DNA from: an uncultured bacterium
GTDB taxonomy: Bacteria; Fidelibacterota; UBA2242
Length of the DNA stretch: 64,000 nucleotides
Assembly (NCBI GenBank): GCA_964588795.1
Contig: CAZPQN010000003.1
Coordinates: 18,639 to 82,638, forward strand
Direction of reading: 5' to 3'
Shown here piece by piece: positions 38,706-47,820 of this stretch. Within the stretch, counting starts at the first letter, position 1, and the number at the start of each line of letters is the position of its first letter. The notes below the pieces were generated by a model that was given only the letters and a program-made list of their open reading frames with translations, made no database searches and was not told the DNA's origin. The position numbers and the translations under genes were made by a program.

Positions 38706-39470
38706 ATGGAAAAAATCGGTTTATATACCGCTCTTATTCTATACCTAATCGCGTTCGTGTTGCTAATTACTCAGAGCCGATGGCGCAGTTGGGGTATAGC
38801 GATTTCTCTATCCGTGCTTACTCATATGGGGGCCTTGGTTGTGCGCTCTCTCTCCGCCAACCATCCTCCCTTCACCAACCTTTACGAAACCTTACTTTTA
38901 CTCTCGTTGCTGATTGCTCTGCGGCTTCTTTTCTGGCAGAAGCAAATTGAATCACGATACCGGTGGCTGGTACTGCTGACAGGCATTATCTGTCTGGGAA
39001 CTGCATTATTACTACCTGCCCACTTCAGCGTCAGCAGACCGCTCATGCCTGCACTGAATAGTTTCTGGATGTATATCCATGTACCGGCATATTTTTTCGG
39101 ATATATGGCATTGATTCTGGCTTTTCTATTTGCGCTGATTTTCCTCGGCACTGGAAAAAACGAAAGCGCCCCGGAAATCGCCAGTCTGCTGCGCAAACTC
39201 CACAACGAGGTCAAAATTGCCTTCCTGTTCCTGAATATCGGTCTGGTGACTGGCGCCTTCTGGGCTTACTTCAGCTGGGGCAATTACTGGTCCTGGGATC
39301 CTAAAGAAGTCTGGGCCTTGATCGATGTCCTCGTTCTGGGAATTTATTTTCATCTGCTCAAGCCGCGGGGCACCAAAAAGGTGTGGATCGTTTTACTGGC
39401 TTTTCTATGTATGCTGTTCACCTACTTTGGCGTCTCCTTCATTCTAAGCGGACTACATTCTTATGCTTGA
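38706..39470 (+). CDS. ccsA: cytochrome c biogenesis heme-handling protein CcsA/ResC (system II)
   Basis: WWD domain FWAYFSWGNYWSWDPKEVWALID, conserved His-containing TM helices, 254 aa. Confidence 0.8.
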   Translation: MEKIGLYTALILYLIAFVLLITQSRWRSWGIAISLSVLTHMGALVVRSLSANHPPFTNLYETLLLLSLLIALRLLFWQKQIESRYRWLVLLTGIICLGTALLLPAHFSVSRPLMPALNSFWMYIHVPAYFFGYMALILAFLFALIFLGTGKNESAPEIASLLRKLHNEVKIAFLFLNIGLVTGAFWAYFSWGNYWSWDPKEVWALIDVLVLGIYFHLLKPRGTKKVWIVLLAFLCMLFTYFGVSFILSGLHSYA

Positions 39471-40350
39471 AATGGCTGATTTTTTTCGCGGTCAACCAAT
39501 TGACGCTATCATCCGGAACCGGACTTCATGGCGTCGGTTCAACGGTCAACCGTTGGCTCCGGAAATGCGAACCCAGGTTGAAACCTTATTAGCCCCGGAA
39601 GCCGGACCATTTGGCAATACCGTGGATATACGATTGGTCACCCGAAAAGCCACCACGGGGTCCCGACCCGAAAAACTGGGGACTTACGGTTTTATCAGCG
39701 GAGCGCGGGAATTTTTAGTCGGCATTGTCCAGCCCACCCGGCCCAATATTTTCGAGGATTTCGGTTACCTGATGGAAAAAATAATCCTGCAGGCCACGGC
39801 TCTCGGGCTGGGCACCTGTTGGTTGGGAGGATCTTTTAATAAATCCGCCTTCGCTCGTGCCGTTGCATTAAAACCCGATGAATTGATCCCTGCGGTGGTG
39901 CCGCTGGGTTACCCGACGCCCAAGCGTGGTCTGAGGGATCGGTTTATCCGCGCGTTGGCCGGTTCGAAAAACCGCAAACCGTGGGACGAATTATTTTTCG
40001 ATCACAATCCTCTGAAGCCCTTGAAAAAACACCAGGCGGGTGCGTTTACCCTGCCGATTGAAATGGTGCGTCTGGCGCCTTCCGCATCCAATCGTCAACC
40101 CTGGCGGATTATATTGTCTGATCATTCCTTTCATTTTTATCTTCAGCGCACTCCGGGGTACACGATGCCCTTTAAATCCGATCTACAGAAAGTCGACCTC
40201 GGTATCGCGATGTGTCATTTCGAACTGACTGTCCGGAGGCACCACCTGCCCGGAGGCTGGATCGTGCAGAAACCTGACCTCACTCTGCCCGATGACTGGA
40301 TTTATATCGCCACCTGGCGATCTGTTGCTGACAGCCCTACCCGGGATTAA
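39463..40350 (+). CDS. nitroreductase-superfamily protein, atypical domain order (putative TM-nitroreductase-like)
   Basis: IRNRTSWRRF, GLGTCWLGG, APSASNRQPWRIIL and DLGIAMCHFELT blocks; overlaps ccsA by 8 nt. Confidence 0.6.
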   Translation: MLEMADFFRGQPIDAIIRNRTSWRRFNGQPLAPEMRTQVETLLAPEAGPFGNTVDIRLVTRKATTGSRPEKLGTYGFISGAREFLVGIVQPTRPNIFEDFGYLMEKIILQATALGLGTCWLGGSFNKSAFARAVALKPDELIPAVVPLGYPTPKRGLRDRFIRALAGSKNRKPWDELFFDHNPLKPLKKHQAGAFTLPIEMVRLAPSASNRQPWRIILSDHSFHFYLQRTPGYTMPFKSDLQKVDLGIAMCHFELTVRRHHLPGGWIVQKPDLTLPDDWIYIATWRSVADSPTRD

Positions 40351-40439
40351 TGGTCAACCGAACTGCCCGATACAGGAGAATCACAACCGGATAACATACT
40401 CATGGTTTCAGCTTGCATGACAGATGACCATGACCTAAA

Positions 40440-40934
40440 TTGCATTATTCTATTTGTATAAAGGGTTACACCGGGAATTCTATGAATCAGAAAAAGATCA
40501 CCGCCATTCTGGATTTCGCGATCGAGAAAGAATGGGAAGCCGTTAAATTTTACAACCGTCTGATCCAGCGCGCCGGCTCATTTGAGATGATGGAAGCTAT
40601 TCGAGAAATCGAAATGTTCGAGCGGCGGCATGTCGAAAAATTGGAGGTTTTAAAAAAAACTGGTAAGGAACAACTCGCTATTTCTGCACCTGAGAACCTG
40701 CAAATCAGCGAATATCTGACCGCCCCTGCCACCGATGAACTAGCGAGTTACCGTGACATTCTCCTAACGGCGATGAAGCGGGAAGAAGCGTCGTGGCAGC
40801 TTTATGTGCAAATCGCCACCGCATCCGCAGATCCGCAGGTCCAGAAAGTTTTTAAAAAACTTGCCACTGAAGAGGCCAATCATAAAACTTTCTTCGAGAA
40901 AATCTATGATACAGAAGCCCTAAAAGAAAATTAG
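40440..40934 (+). CDS. ferritin-like/rubrerythrin-like diiron-type domain protein (no rubredoxin domain)
   Basis: Paired E...E..H-like helices (EKEWEAVKFY... EIEMFERRH... EEANHKTFFEK); likely true start MNQKK at 40482. Confidence 0.5.
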   Translation: MHYSICIKGYTGNSMNQKKITAILDFAIEKEWEAVKFYNRLIQRAGSFEMMEAIREIEMFERRHVEKLEVLKKTGKEQLAISAPENLQISEYLTAPATDELASYRDILLTAMKREEASWQLYVQIATASADPQVQKVFKKLATEEANHKTFFEKIYDTEALKEN

Positions 40935-40970
40935 GCCGAAGGAAACGCAACACACCCAAACCGGTTAATT

Positions 40971-41882
40971 ATGGCATCGCTCTCCTCACTATTAGAAAAA
41001 TCGCTGGGCATTGCCCCGGCGGTGCAAATTAAAATCATCAATTCTGCAATTGTCGTTCTTCTGCTAATTCTTCTGCGGATTTTCGTCATTAAAATCGTCT
41101 GGCGCAAAACCGAAGATGTCCGTCTGCGGTACATCTGGGGCAAAACACTTTCCTATACCGTCTCGATTCTCGGTTTGCTTTTATTGAGCAATATCTGGTT
41201 TCAGGGTTTGCATAATTTAGGCACTTTTTTCGGATTGCTGTCCGCCGGTCTGGCTCTCACGCTCAAAGATCCGGTCGTCAACATGGCGGGCTGGCTCTTT
41301 ATCATCATCAGGCGCCCGTTCACGATCGGCGATCGCGTGCAAGTCGGCAATTTCGCCGGAGACGTTATTGACATTCGCGTTTTCCAGTTCACTTTGCTTG
41401 AAATCGGCAATTGGGTAAATGCTGAACAGAGCACCGGCAGGATTATTCATATCCCTAATGGGCAGGTTTTTACTCTCCCGCTGGCGAACTACACGAAGGG
41501 TTTTGAGTATATCTGGAGTGAAATTCCGGTGGTCATAACTTTTGAAAGTGATTGGCACAAGGCTAAAGACATCCTCTTGAATATCGCCAGCATCCATTCG
41601 GAACATCTGACCGGTCGGGTCGAAAATAAAGTCCGCGAAGCTAGTAAAAAATTCATGATCGCTTACACCAAGCTTACTCCGGTCGTCTATACCGCCGTCA
41701 AGGAAAATGGCATTCAGCTCACTATCCGGTATATATGTGAGCCACGTAACCGCCGCCCGACCGACGAATTGATCTGGGAGGATATTCTCGAACAATTTGC
41801 CAAGGAAAAGGACATTGATTTTGCCTACCCCACCACCCGATTCTATGATAATCGGACCGAAGGAAAAAAGGTAACCCGTTAA
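40971..41882 (+). CDS. small-conductance mechanosensitive channel, MscS family
   Basis: 3 TM then beta-domain DPVVNMAGWLFIIIRRPFTIGDRVQVGNFAGDVIDIRVFQFTLLEIGNW. Confidence 0.8.
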   Translation: MASLSSLLEKSLGIAPAVQIKIINSAIVVLLLILLRIFVIKIVWRKTEDVRLRYIWGKTLSYTVSILGLLLLSNIWFQGLHNLGTFFGLLSAGLALTLKDPVVNMAGWLFIIIRRPFTIGDRVQVGNFAGDVIDIRVFQFTLLEIGNWVNAEQSTGRIIHIPNGQVFTLPLANYTKGFEYIWSEIPVVITFESDWHKAKDILLNIASIHSEHLTGRVENKVREASKKFMIAYTKLTPVVYTAVKENGIQLTIRYICEPRNRRPTDELIWEDILEQFAKEKDIDFAYPTTRFYDNRTEGKKVTR

Positions 41883-41906
41883 ATTAATTTTAGGCGAGGA
41901 TCGAAT

Positions 41907-43031
41907 ATGGCAGTTGAAATTATTGAAGTCACCACTCCTCAGCAACTGAAAGCCTTCGTACGCTTTCCCCATTCGCTTTACAATAAAAATCCGTTCTACG
42001 TGCCATTATTGGATTTTGACGAACTCAATACGCTCCGGCGCGATAAAAACCCGGCTTTCGAATTCTGTGAAGCACGTTACTGGCTGGCGTTTAAAAATGG
42101 AAAGATTGCCGGCCGAATCGCCGGAATACTAAATCGTCGTGCCAATGAAGCCTGGGGGAAAAAACAACTCCGGTTCGGATGGATTGATTTTATTGACGAT
42201 GAAGAGGTGGTAAAGGGATTGTTTACAGCCGTCGAAGGCTGGGCCCGGCAGCTGGGCATGGAAGAAATCCACGGACCTCTCGGATTCACCGACCTTGACC
42301 GGGAAGGCATGCTGATCGCAGGTTTCGATGAAGTCGGCACGCTGGCGGCGATATATAATTATCCGTACTATCCCCAGCGCCTGGAACAATTGGGTTTCCG
42401 CAAGGACGTGGACTGGATTGAATATCAAATCCAGGTTCCGGAGCAATTGCCGGAAAAAGTTGGCGAGATTACCCGCATTGTCAAGGAACGGCATAATCTG
42501 CATACGCTGAAAGTGAAAAAAAGTCGAGACCTATTACCATACGCGCAGCAGATGTTTACCGTATTCAATCAGGCTTACAAGGTCTTATATGGCATGGTGC
42601 CTTTGACGCCTCGACAGATTGATGCTTATGTCAAACAGTATATCGGATTAATCAATCCGCGGTACATTGCGGTAGTTTTGGACAAGGATGACCAGGTCGT
42701 CGGTTTCGGGATTACGATGCCGTCCCTGGTGCGCGCCCTCCAGAAAGCCCGCGGGCGACTTTTCCCCTGCGGCTTTCTGCACATCCTGTGGGCTTTGCAT
42801 CATGTCCGAACGGTTGAACTGCTACTCGTCAGTGTCTTGCCCGAGCTCCAGGGCCAGGGCGTTCCGGCATTAATGATCGCCGAATTGGCGCAGAATTTCA
42901 CCCGGATGGGGGTACGGTATGCCGAGTCCAACCCGGAATTGGAGCACAACGCCAAAGTGCAGGCGCTCTGGAAAGGTTACAGTCTGCGGCAACATAAACG
43001 CCGGCGCTGTTTTGTCAAATCTTTGATCTGA
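41907..43031 (+). CDS. GNAT-like acyltransferase-fold protein (374 aa, two-domain)
   Basis: Resembles the conserved about 370-aa family with N-terminal ...FVRFPHSLYNKNPFYVPLL... and C-terminal acyl-CoA N-acyltransferase-like half; assignment by recall only. Confidence 0.4.
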   Translation: MAVEIIEVTTPQQLKAFVRFPHSLYNKNPFYVPLLDFDELNTLRRDKNPAFEFCEARYWLAFKNGKIAGRIAGILNRRANEAWGKKQLRFGWIDFIDDEEVVKGLFTAVEGWARQLGMEEIHGPLGFTDLDREGMLIAGFDEVGTLAAIYNYPYYPQRLEQLGFRKDVDWIEYQIQVPEQLPEKVGEITRIVKERHNLHTLKVKKSRDLLPYAQQMFTVFNQAYKVLYGMVPLTPRQIDAYVKQYIGLINPRYIAVVLDKDDQVVGFGITMPSLVRALQKARGRLFPCGFLHILWALHHVRTVELLLVSVLPELQGQGVPALMIAELAQNFTRMGVRYAESNPELEHNAKVQALWKGYSLRQHKRRRCFVKSLI

Positions 43032-43172
43032 TCTACACGTCGGTACACCTCACTAAAATTGGGTCGTCTACCTTCGGGGTAGTTAGACGGCTTACTTGCC
43101 GCGTCATCATAGAAACCCTAAATTTGCGCGATTTTTTACACAGCCAGAAACACTCCATATTCTAATACCTCA

Positions 43173-44576
43173 ATGAACAATAACCACATTTTAGCCGATT
43201 CGCATATCGGTCGCCTGCTCATAAAGCTCTCGCTTCCCGCTACGATCGGTATGCTCGTCATGGCGCTTTATAATATTGTTGACACAATATTCGTGGGACA
43301 CGGCGTTGGTTCCCTGGCGATTGCCGGTTTGACGATTGTCTTTCCGATTCAAATGATTGTAATGGCGGTTGCTATGATGGTTGGTATGGGCGCCGCCTCC
43401 ATTATTTCCCGCGCCCTGGGAGCGAATGATATAGCACGCGCAAACCAAACTTTGGGCAATGTTCTGCTGATCGTCGTGAGTTTAGGAATCGTCGTGGCAG
43501 TGGGTGGAAATTTGTGCATCGATGTCCTCCTGAAAATTTTCGGCGCTACTCCGGCGATTCTGCCCTATGCCCGGGATTATGCTCGCATCATCTTAGCAGG
43601 CACCATGCTTTTTGCTTTCGCGATGACGGCCAATGCCGTGGTCAGAGCCGAAGGACGGGCGACTATCGCCATGACTACAATGATAGTCTCTTCCGTGCTG
43701 AATATCATTCTCGATGCGGTTTTTATTTTCGGCTTTGGCTGGGGTATCCGGGGCGCGGCAGTGGCGACTGTCGTTTCGCAGCTGACTACCGATCTGTATT
43801 TGCTTGGTTTTTTTGTGCGCGGCAAAGGTTCCTTAAAAATCTGTCGTGTCGGATTCCGGCCGAATTTCAAAATAATCCGGGAGATGGTGGCAGTCGGTTC
43901 CTCGGCTTTCGTGCGCCAGATATCCGGCAGTTTGATTGCTGTGATCGTCAATAATACCCTCAAGTTTTACGGCGGAGAATTGTCAATAGCCGTCTACGGC
44001 ATCGTCAATCGGATTCTTATGTTTGTTTTCATGCCCATCTTTGGCATCGCCCAGGGCGTTCAGCCGATCGTCGGCTATAACTATGGTGCCCGCCGCTATG
44101 CTCAAGCTCTGCGCGTATTGCATCTCGGGATGGTCTGCACCACGCTGATCGCGGTAGCCGGAGCGTTTTATCTGGAAATCTTCCCAGCGCAGATCTTCTC
44201 CTTTTTTACCAATGATCAACAGCTCATCAAATTGGGAGTGCGGGCCATCCGCATCATCAACATCGGCACTGCTTTGATTGGATTCCAGGTCATTGCCACC
44301 ACATTATTCCAATCGCTGGGCATGGCTCGTAAGGCCCTCTACCTGACTGTCGCCCGACAATTGGTCCTAATCCCCCTGGTAATCTTTCTGCCAATCCCTT
44401 TCCAGCTGAATGGCGTCTGGTGCGCCTTCCCCCTGAGCGATCTGCTCTTCTTCTTCGTCAGCTGGGGTATGTACCGACCGCAAGTCCACAACCTGAAAAA
44501 GATGCACCTGCACCCGGAACTATCGGTCATCGCCGCGCATGAAGTAACGCCATCGGCGCATTTTAATAGGATCTGA
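43173..44576 (+). CDS. MATE family efflux transporter
   Basis: 12 TM, 467 aa, twin 6-TM repeats with MATE-typical loops. Confidence 0.85.
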   Translation: MNNNHILADSHIGRLLIKLSLPATIGMLVMALYNIVDTIFVGHGVGSLAIAGLTIVFPIQMIVMAVAMMVGMGAASIISRALGANDIARANQTLGNVLLIVVSLGIVVAVGGNLCIDVLLKIFGATPAILPYARDYARIILAGTMLFAFAMTANAVVRAEGRATIAMTTMIVSSVLNIILDAVFIFGFGWGIRGAAVATVVSQLTTDLYLLGFFVRGKGSLKICRVGFRPNFKIIREMVAVGSSAFVRQISGSLIAVIVNNTLKFYGGELSIAVYGIVNRILMFVFMPIFGIAQGVQPIVGYNYGARRYAQALRVLHLGMVCTTLIAVAGAFYLEIFPAQIFSFFTNDQQLIKLGVRAIRIINIGTALIGFQVIATTLFQSLGMARKALYLTVARQLVLIPLVIFLPIPFQLNGVWCAFPLSDLLFFFVSWGMYRPQVHNLKKMHLHPELSVIAAHEVTPSAHFNRI

Positions 44577-44630
44577 AAGGCACTTTTCGGAAATTTTCAC
44601 CACGTTTAGAAAATTCATTAGGAGGAAAAT

Positions 44631-45107
44631 TTGAATACCCTGATTGTTTATACCACGCATCATGGTTGCGCCGCCTTCTGTGCTGAAAAATTAGCCCAAC
44701 GACTGAATCCGCCCGTCACAACGCTCGACCTTAAAAAACAGCGTGTCCCGGACCTCGCCGGTTTTGAGGCAATCATCATCGGTGGGTCAATCCACGCCGG
44801 ACGCCTACAAAAAATCGTGCGCCGTTTCTGCGAGCAGAACCAGGCCATCCTGACCCAGAAAAAAATCGGCTTGTTTCTGTGTTGCATGGAGGAAGGCGAT
44901 AAAGCCCGCCTGCAATTTGAAACAGCGTTTCCGTCTCAGCTGCGGCAACAGGCCGTCGCTACGGGACTATTCGGCGGCGCCTTTGATTTCCAGAAGATGA
45001 ACTGGCTGGAACGCGCCATAATTAAAAAAATCTCCGGGCTCACTGACAGCGTCACCAAGATTAACGAGAGTGCCATCAGCGAGTTCGCCCGGACATTCAA
45101 TCAATAA
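44631..45107 (+). CDS. flavodoxin-like fold protein (Flavodoxin_5/HemG-like)
   Basis: TTG start after AGGAGG; N-terminal LIVYTTHHGCAAFCAEKLAQRL typical flavodoxin beta1-loop; 158 aa. Confidence 0.55.
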   Translation: MNTLIVYTTHHGCAAFCAEKLAQRLNPPVTTLDLKKQRVPDLAGFEAIIIGGSIHAGRLQKIVRRFCEQNQAILTQKKIGLFLCCMEEGDKARLQFETAFPSQLRQQAVATGLFGGAFDFQKMNWLERAIIKKISGLTDSVTKINESAISEFARTFNQ

Positions 45108-45122
45108 ACCAAGGACGGCTTT

Positions 45123-45506
45123 ATGCGTTTCAATTTTCTATTTGGCTGGTTGTTCCTGATTTGCCTGAGCCTTATTCAATGTAAACCAATCCAGGAATAC
45201 CAGCGACGAATGGCCGCTATCGAGATTACCGAGATTGACTTAAACAAAGTCAAAGACGGTGAATATACGGGTGAATATGACGCGGTAGCTGTTCATGCGG
45301 TCGTTTCGGTTACCGTCAAAAACCACACGATTACCGACATTCGGCTCCTTAAGCACGAAAACGGACGGGGTTCCGCGGCGGAGGTAATACCTAATCGCGT
45401 CATTGAAAAACAATCCCTGCTGGTAGACACCGTGACCAAAGCCACTTCCAGCAGTAAGGTCATCCTTGAAGCAATCGAACAAGCCCTGCGCAAAGGACTG
45501 GATTAA
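45123..45506 (+). CDS. secreted/lipoprotein FMN-binding (FMN_bind) domain protein
   Basis: Signal peptide MRFNFLFGWLFLICLSLIQC; C-terminal VDTVTKATSSSKVILEAIEQAL resembles the flavinylation motif region of FMN_bind domains. Confidence 0.55.
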   Translation: MRFNFLFGWLFLICLSLIQCKPIQEYQRRMAAIEITEIDLNKVKDGEYTGEYDAVAVHAVVSVTVKNHTITDIRLLKHENGRGSAAEVIPNRVIEKQSLLVDTVTKATSSSKVILEAIEQALRKGLD

Positions 45507-45547
45507 CAGCAGATTGCCTGCCCGGGAGAAAAATCCGGGGCCTCGCC

Positions 45548-46660
45548 TTGGTTCATAACGAACTATTTACCTCCCTACTGATCTATTACCAGAGCGGAAC
45601 GGGCAACTCTTACCGCGCCGCAGTCTGGATGGCCAGAACAGCCCAGGAAAAAGGCTTACCTGCCACCCTGATCCCACTCGAACTGAGTGAGCCCGGAAAG
45701 GAATTAAAAAATGACCGGCGAGCGTTAATCGGCTTTGTCATGCCGACTCACGGCTTTACTGCTCCCTGGAGCATGATCAAATTTATCCTGCGCCTGCCAA
45801 AAGGGCGCCACCTCCCGGCCTTCTGTCTGGCTACGCAGGGACAATTGAAATGCGGTCCGGTTCTTATCCCGGGACTAAGCGCCACGGCAACTTTCCTCTC
45901 CGCTTTCCTGCTATATGTTAAAGGTTTTCACGTACGCGGCGTCGAGAGCATCAACATGCCTTCCAACTGGATGAGCCTGCATCCCGCGCAAAAACCGCAT
46001 TCCATTCGCACGATCGTCAATCGCGGCCAGCCCCGTGCGGAATATTTTATTACCCGCCTGCTCAATGGCAAAATCAATTGGCTCACTGCAAGTAATTTGG
46101 TGGAGTTCATCGGTGGTTTGATCTTGCTACCGGTCGCCTGTGGCTACCTGCTTTTCGGCAAAACCGGCATGGCCAAAATCTATTTTGCGAATAACGCCTG
46201 CAATGGTTGCGGTCGATGTGCCGAAATTTGCGCACAAAAGGCTATCATCATGAAAAACTCCCTTCATCCCCGTCCTTTCTGGACTTACCGCTGTGAAAGC
46301 TGTATGCGCTGTATGGCTTTTTGCCCTCAAACCGCGATCGAAGTAAATCAACCGTGGGTGATCGGGCTTTTTTTCTATATCGTCATGCCGTTGAGTACCT
46401 GGTTGGCGATCCGGGTTGTGAATTTCGCCCAGCTTCCGTACTGGTGGAACATTTTTATTTATGGTGTTGTTTATCTTGTTACTTACCTGAGCTCGGTCGC
46501 GGTATCGTACCTAATCCTTTTTGGGCTTACCCAATTTAAAAGGCTGAATGCTATGCTGACCCACACGACTTTTTCACATTACTATCGCCGGTACCGGGAA
46601 CCTGCTACACAGGTAAACGACCTCACCCGTAAGCAGGTTTTTCAGGCGCCGCGGAAGTAA
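45548..46660 (+). CDS. membrane-anchored flavodoxin-like + 2x[4Fe-4S] ferredoxin protein (EFR1-family-like)
   Basis: N-terminal LIYYQSGTGNSYRAA flavodoxin-like; CNGCGRCAEICAQKAI and CESCMRCMAFCPQTAI clusters; C-terminal TM helices. Confidence 0.6.
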   Translation: MVHNELFTSLLIYYQSGTGNSYRAAVWMARTAQEKGLPATLIPLELSEPGKELKNDRRALIGFVMPTHGFTAPWSMIKFILRLPKGRHLPAFCLATQGQLKCGPVLIPGLSATATFLSAFLLYVKGFHVRGVESINMPSNWMSLHPAQKPHSIRTIVNRGQPRAEYFITRLLNGKINWLTASNLVEFIGGLILLPVACGYLLFGKTGMAKIYFANNACNGCGRCAEICAQKAIIMKNSLHPRPFWTYRCESCMRCMAFCPQTAIEVNQPWVIGLFFYIVMPLSTWLAIRVVNFAQLPYWWNIFIYGVVYLVTYLSSVAVSYLILFGLTQFKRLNAMLTHTTFSHYYRRYREPATQVNDLTRKQVFQAPRK

Positions 46661-47647
46661 CTATTTGCCAGCGGTAAGCACCCTCAATTGTTGCTGATTA
46701 ACGTTCAGCAGTCCCACCGCCTGGATGCGTTCGGTCAGGATGCGCCAGTTGTTGTCCCGCTGAAACACTTCCTGGAAAATGCGCTGGGCTTCGTCCAGTT
46801 TACCAATGTTGGCCAATGAAACGGCATGCCAGTAGCGCATTTCCAAGTTTTCCGGAAAAAGTTGCTCGGCCAACCCGTATTCCCGCAGGGCGGTGATTTC
46901 GTCCCGGCGCTCAATCGCCAAATCCCCGGCGTTCATATGTTTATAAGCCTGGTCAACCCGCAAAAGACGTCGCAATTCTTTGACCGGGTCTGGATGATCT
47001 TCGATGCGCAGGTCAATCAGCCGGTCTTCCCAGATGCGGCCCGTAGGCTGAGCACGAACAACCAACAACGCCGCTGATTGCCGACCGCGAATATCGCCGC
47101 CCGCCGCTTCCGCGGCTTCGAGTGCGGTCAGCATTCTTTCTGCCAGTGAACCCCTGGCGGATTGGAAAGCCGCGTGCATCGCCGGCCAGACTGTCGCCTG
47201 CAACATCATATTCGCCTGAACGGAAAAACCTTCCCCAGTGTTGTGCCCGGCACAGGCAATGCACTGGGCACCGGTCCAGGCGGCTACTCGACCACCCGCA
47301 TCCACGATTGCCAACTGCCGATAGTCACGCCCGTCATCGCCTGCGATCAATAATTGCAGAACTTCATCAGCTTTCTTGCCGGCTTTGAGATACTGCAACC
47401 CTTCCGGCCCGAAGGCGGGATTGACCAATGACTGAGTCGCGATGACCCCGACGCCGGCCTCCGCCCAGGAAACAATAGTACCCACCGAAAACCAATGACT
47501 CTGCACCGCCACTCCCATTTCACCTGTTTCCGTATCTCTTGCTACGACAGAATAAGTATGCATCAGGGGGCCCGGCCGGGACTGAGCCGCCGCATTGATG
47601 AGCGACATAGCAATCACGCTCCAGATTACAAACATTGGTTTGGTCAT
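46661..47647 (-). CDS. secreted DUF1028 family (Ntn-hydrolase-like) protein with C-terminal TPR-like region
   Basis: Signal peptide then HTYSVVARDTETGEMGVAVQSHWFSVG matching the DUF1028 T(F/Y)SIVARD N-terminus; C-terminal helical repeats. Confidence 0.65.
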   Translation of the reverse strand: MTKPMFVIWSVIAMSLINAAAQSRPGPLMHTYSVVARDTETGEMGVAVQSHWFSVGTIVSWAEAGVGVIATQSLVNPAFGPEGLQYLKAGKKADEVLQLLIAGDDGRDYRQLAIVDAGGRVAAWTGAQCIACAGHNTGEGFSVQANMMLQATVWPAMHAAFQSARGSLAERMLTALEAAEAAGGDIRGRQSAALLVVRAQPTGRIWEDRLIDLRIEDHPDPVKELRRLLRVDQAYKHMNAGDLAIERRDEITALREYGLAEQLFPENLEMRYWHAVSLANIGKLDEAQRIFQEVFQRDNNWRILTERIQAVGLLNVNQQQLRVLTAGK

Positions 47648-47775
47648 ATTAATGCTCCTTAAAAGATCTTAAATATCCACTACAACTCAAACTTTTCTCC
47701 TTTTGGAATTTGGATTTGGATTAAGCTCGTCAATCATAGGCGTATCTGCAATAGCTCAAGCCCGAGAAGGCGCAT

Positions 47776-47789
47776 GGATAAATTTACCC
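47776..47789. promoter_or_regulatory. possible weak operator-like site ATAAATTTAC upstream of the putative OMP/ABC operon
   Basis: Shares the AAATTTAC arm of the TetR palindrome at 24421-24452; about 32 nt upstream of the OMP gene start (47821). Confidence 0.2.
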
Positions 47790-47820
47790 GAATGCCTAAT
47801 TAAGGTGAGTAACCCCGGAT

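Noticed and set aside
41217-41972. 251-aa minus-strand ORF
   Set aside because: Antisense to the MscS gene with strong homology-supported frame; no recognisable domain
43050-43095. GC hairpin GTCTACC-ttcgg-GGTAG(tta)GAC after the GNAT-like gene
   Set aside because: Imperfect stem and no downstream T-run; not confident enough to call a terminator
47700-47730. short tandem TTTGGA(T/A)TTTGGATT
   Set aside because: Only two units; too short to call a repeat element
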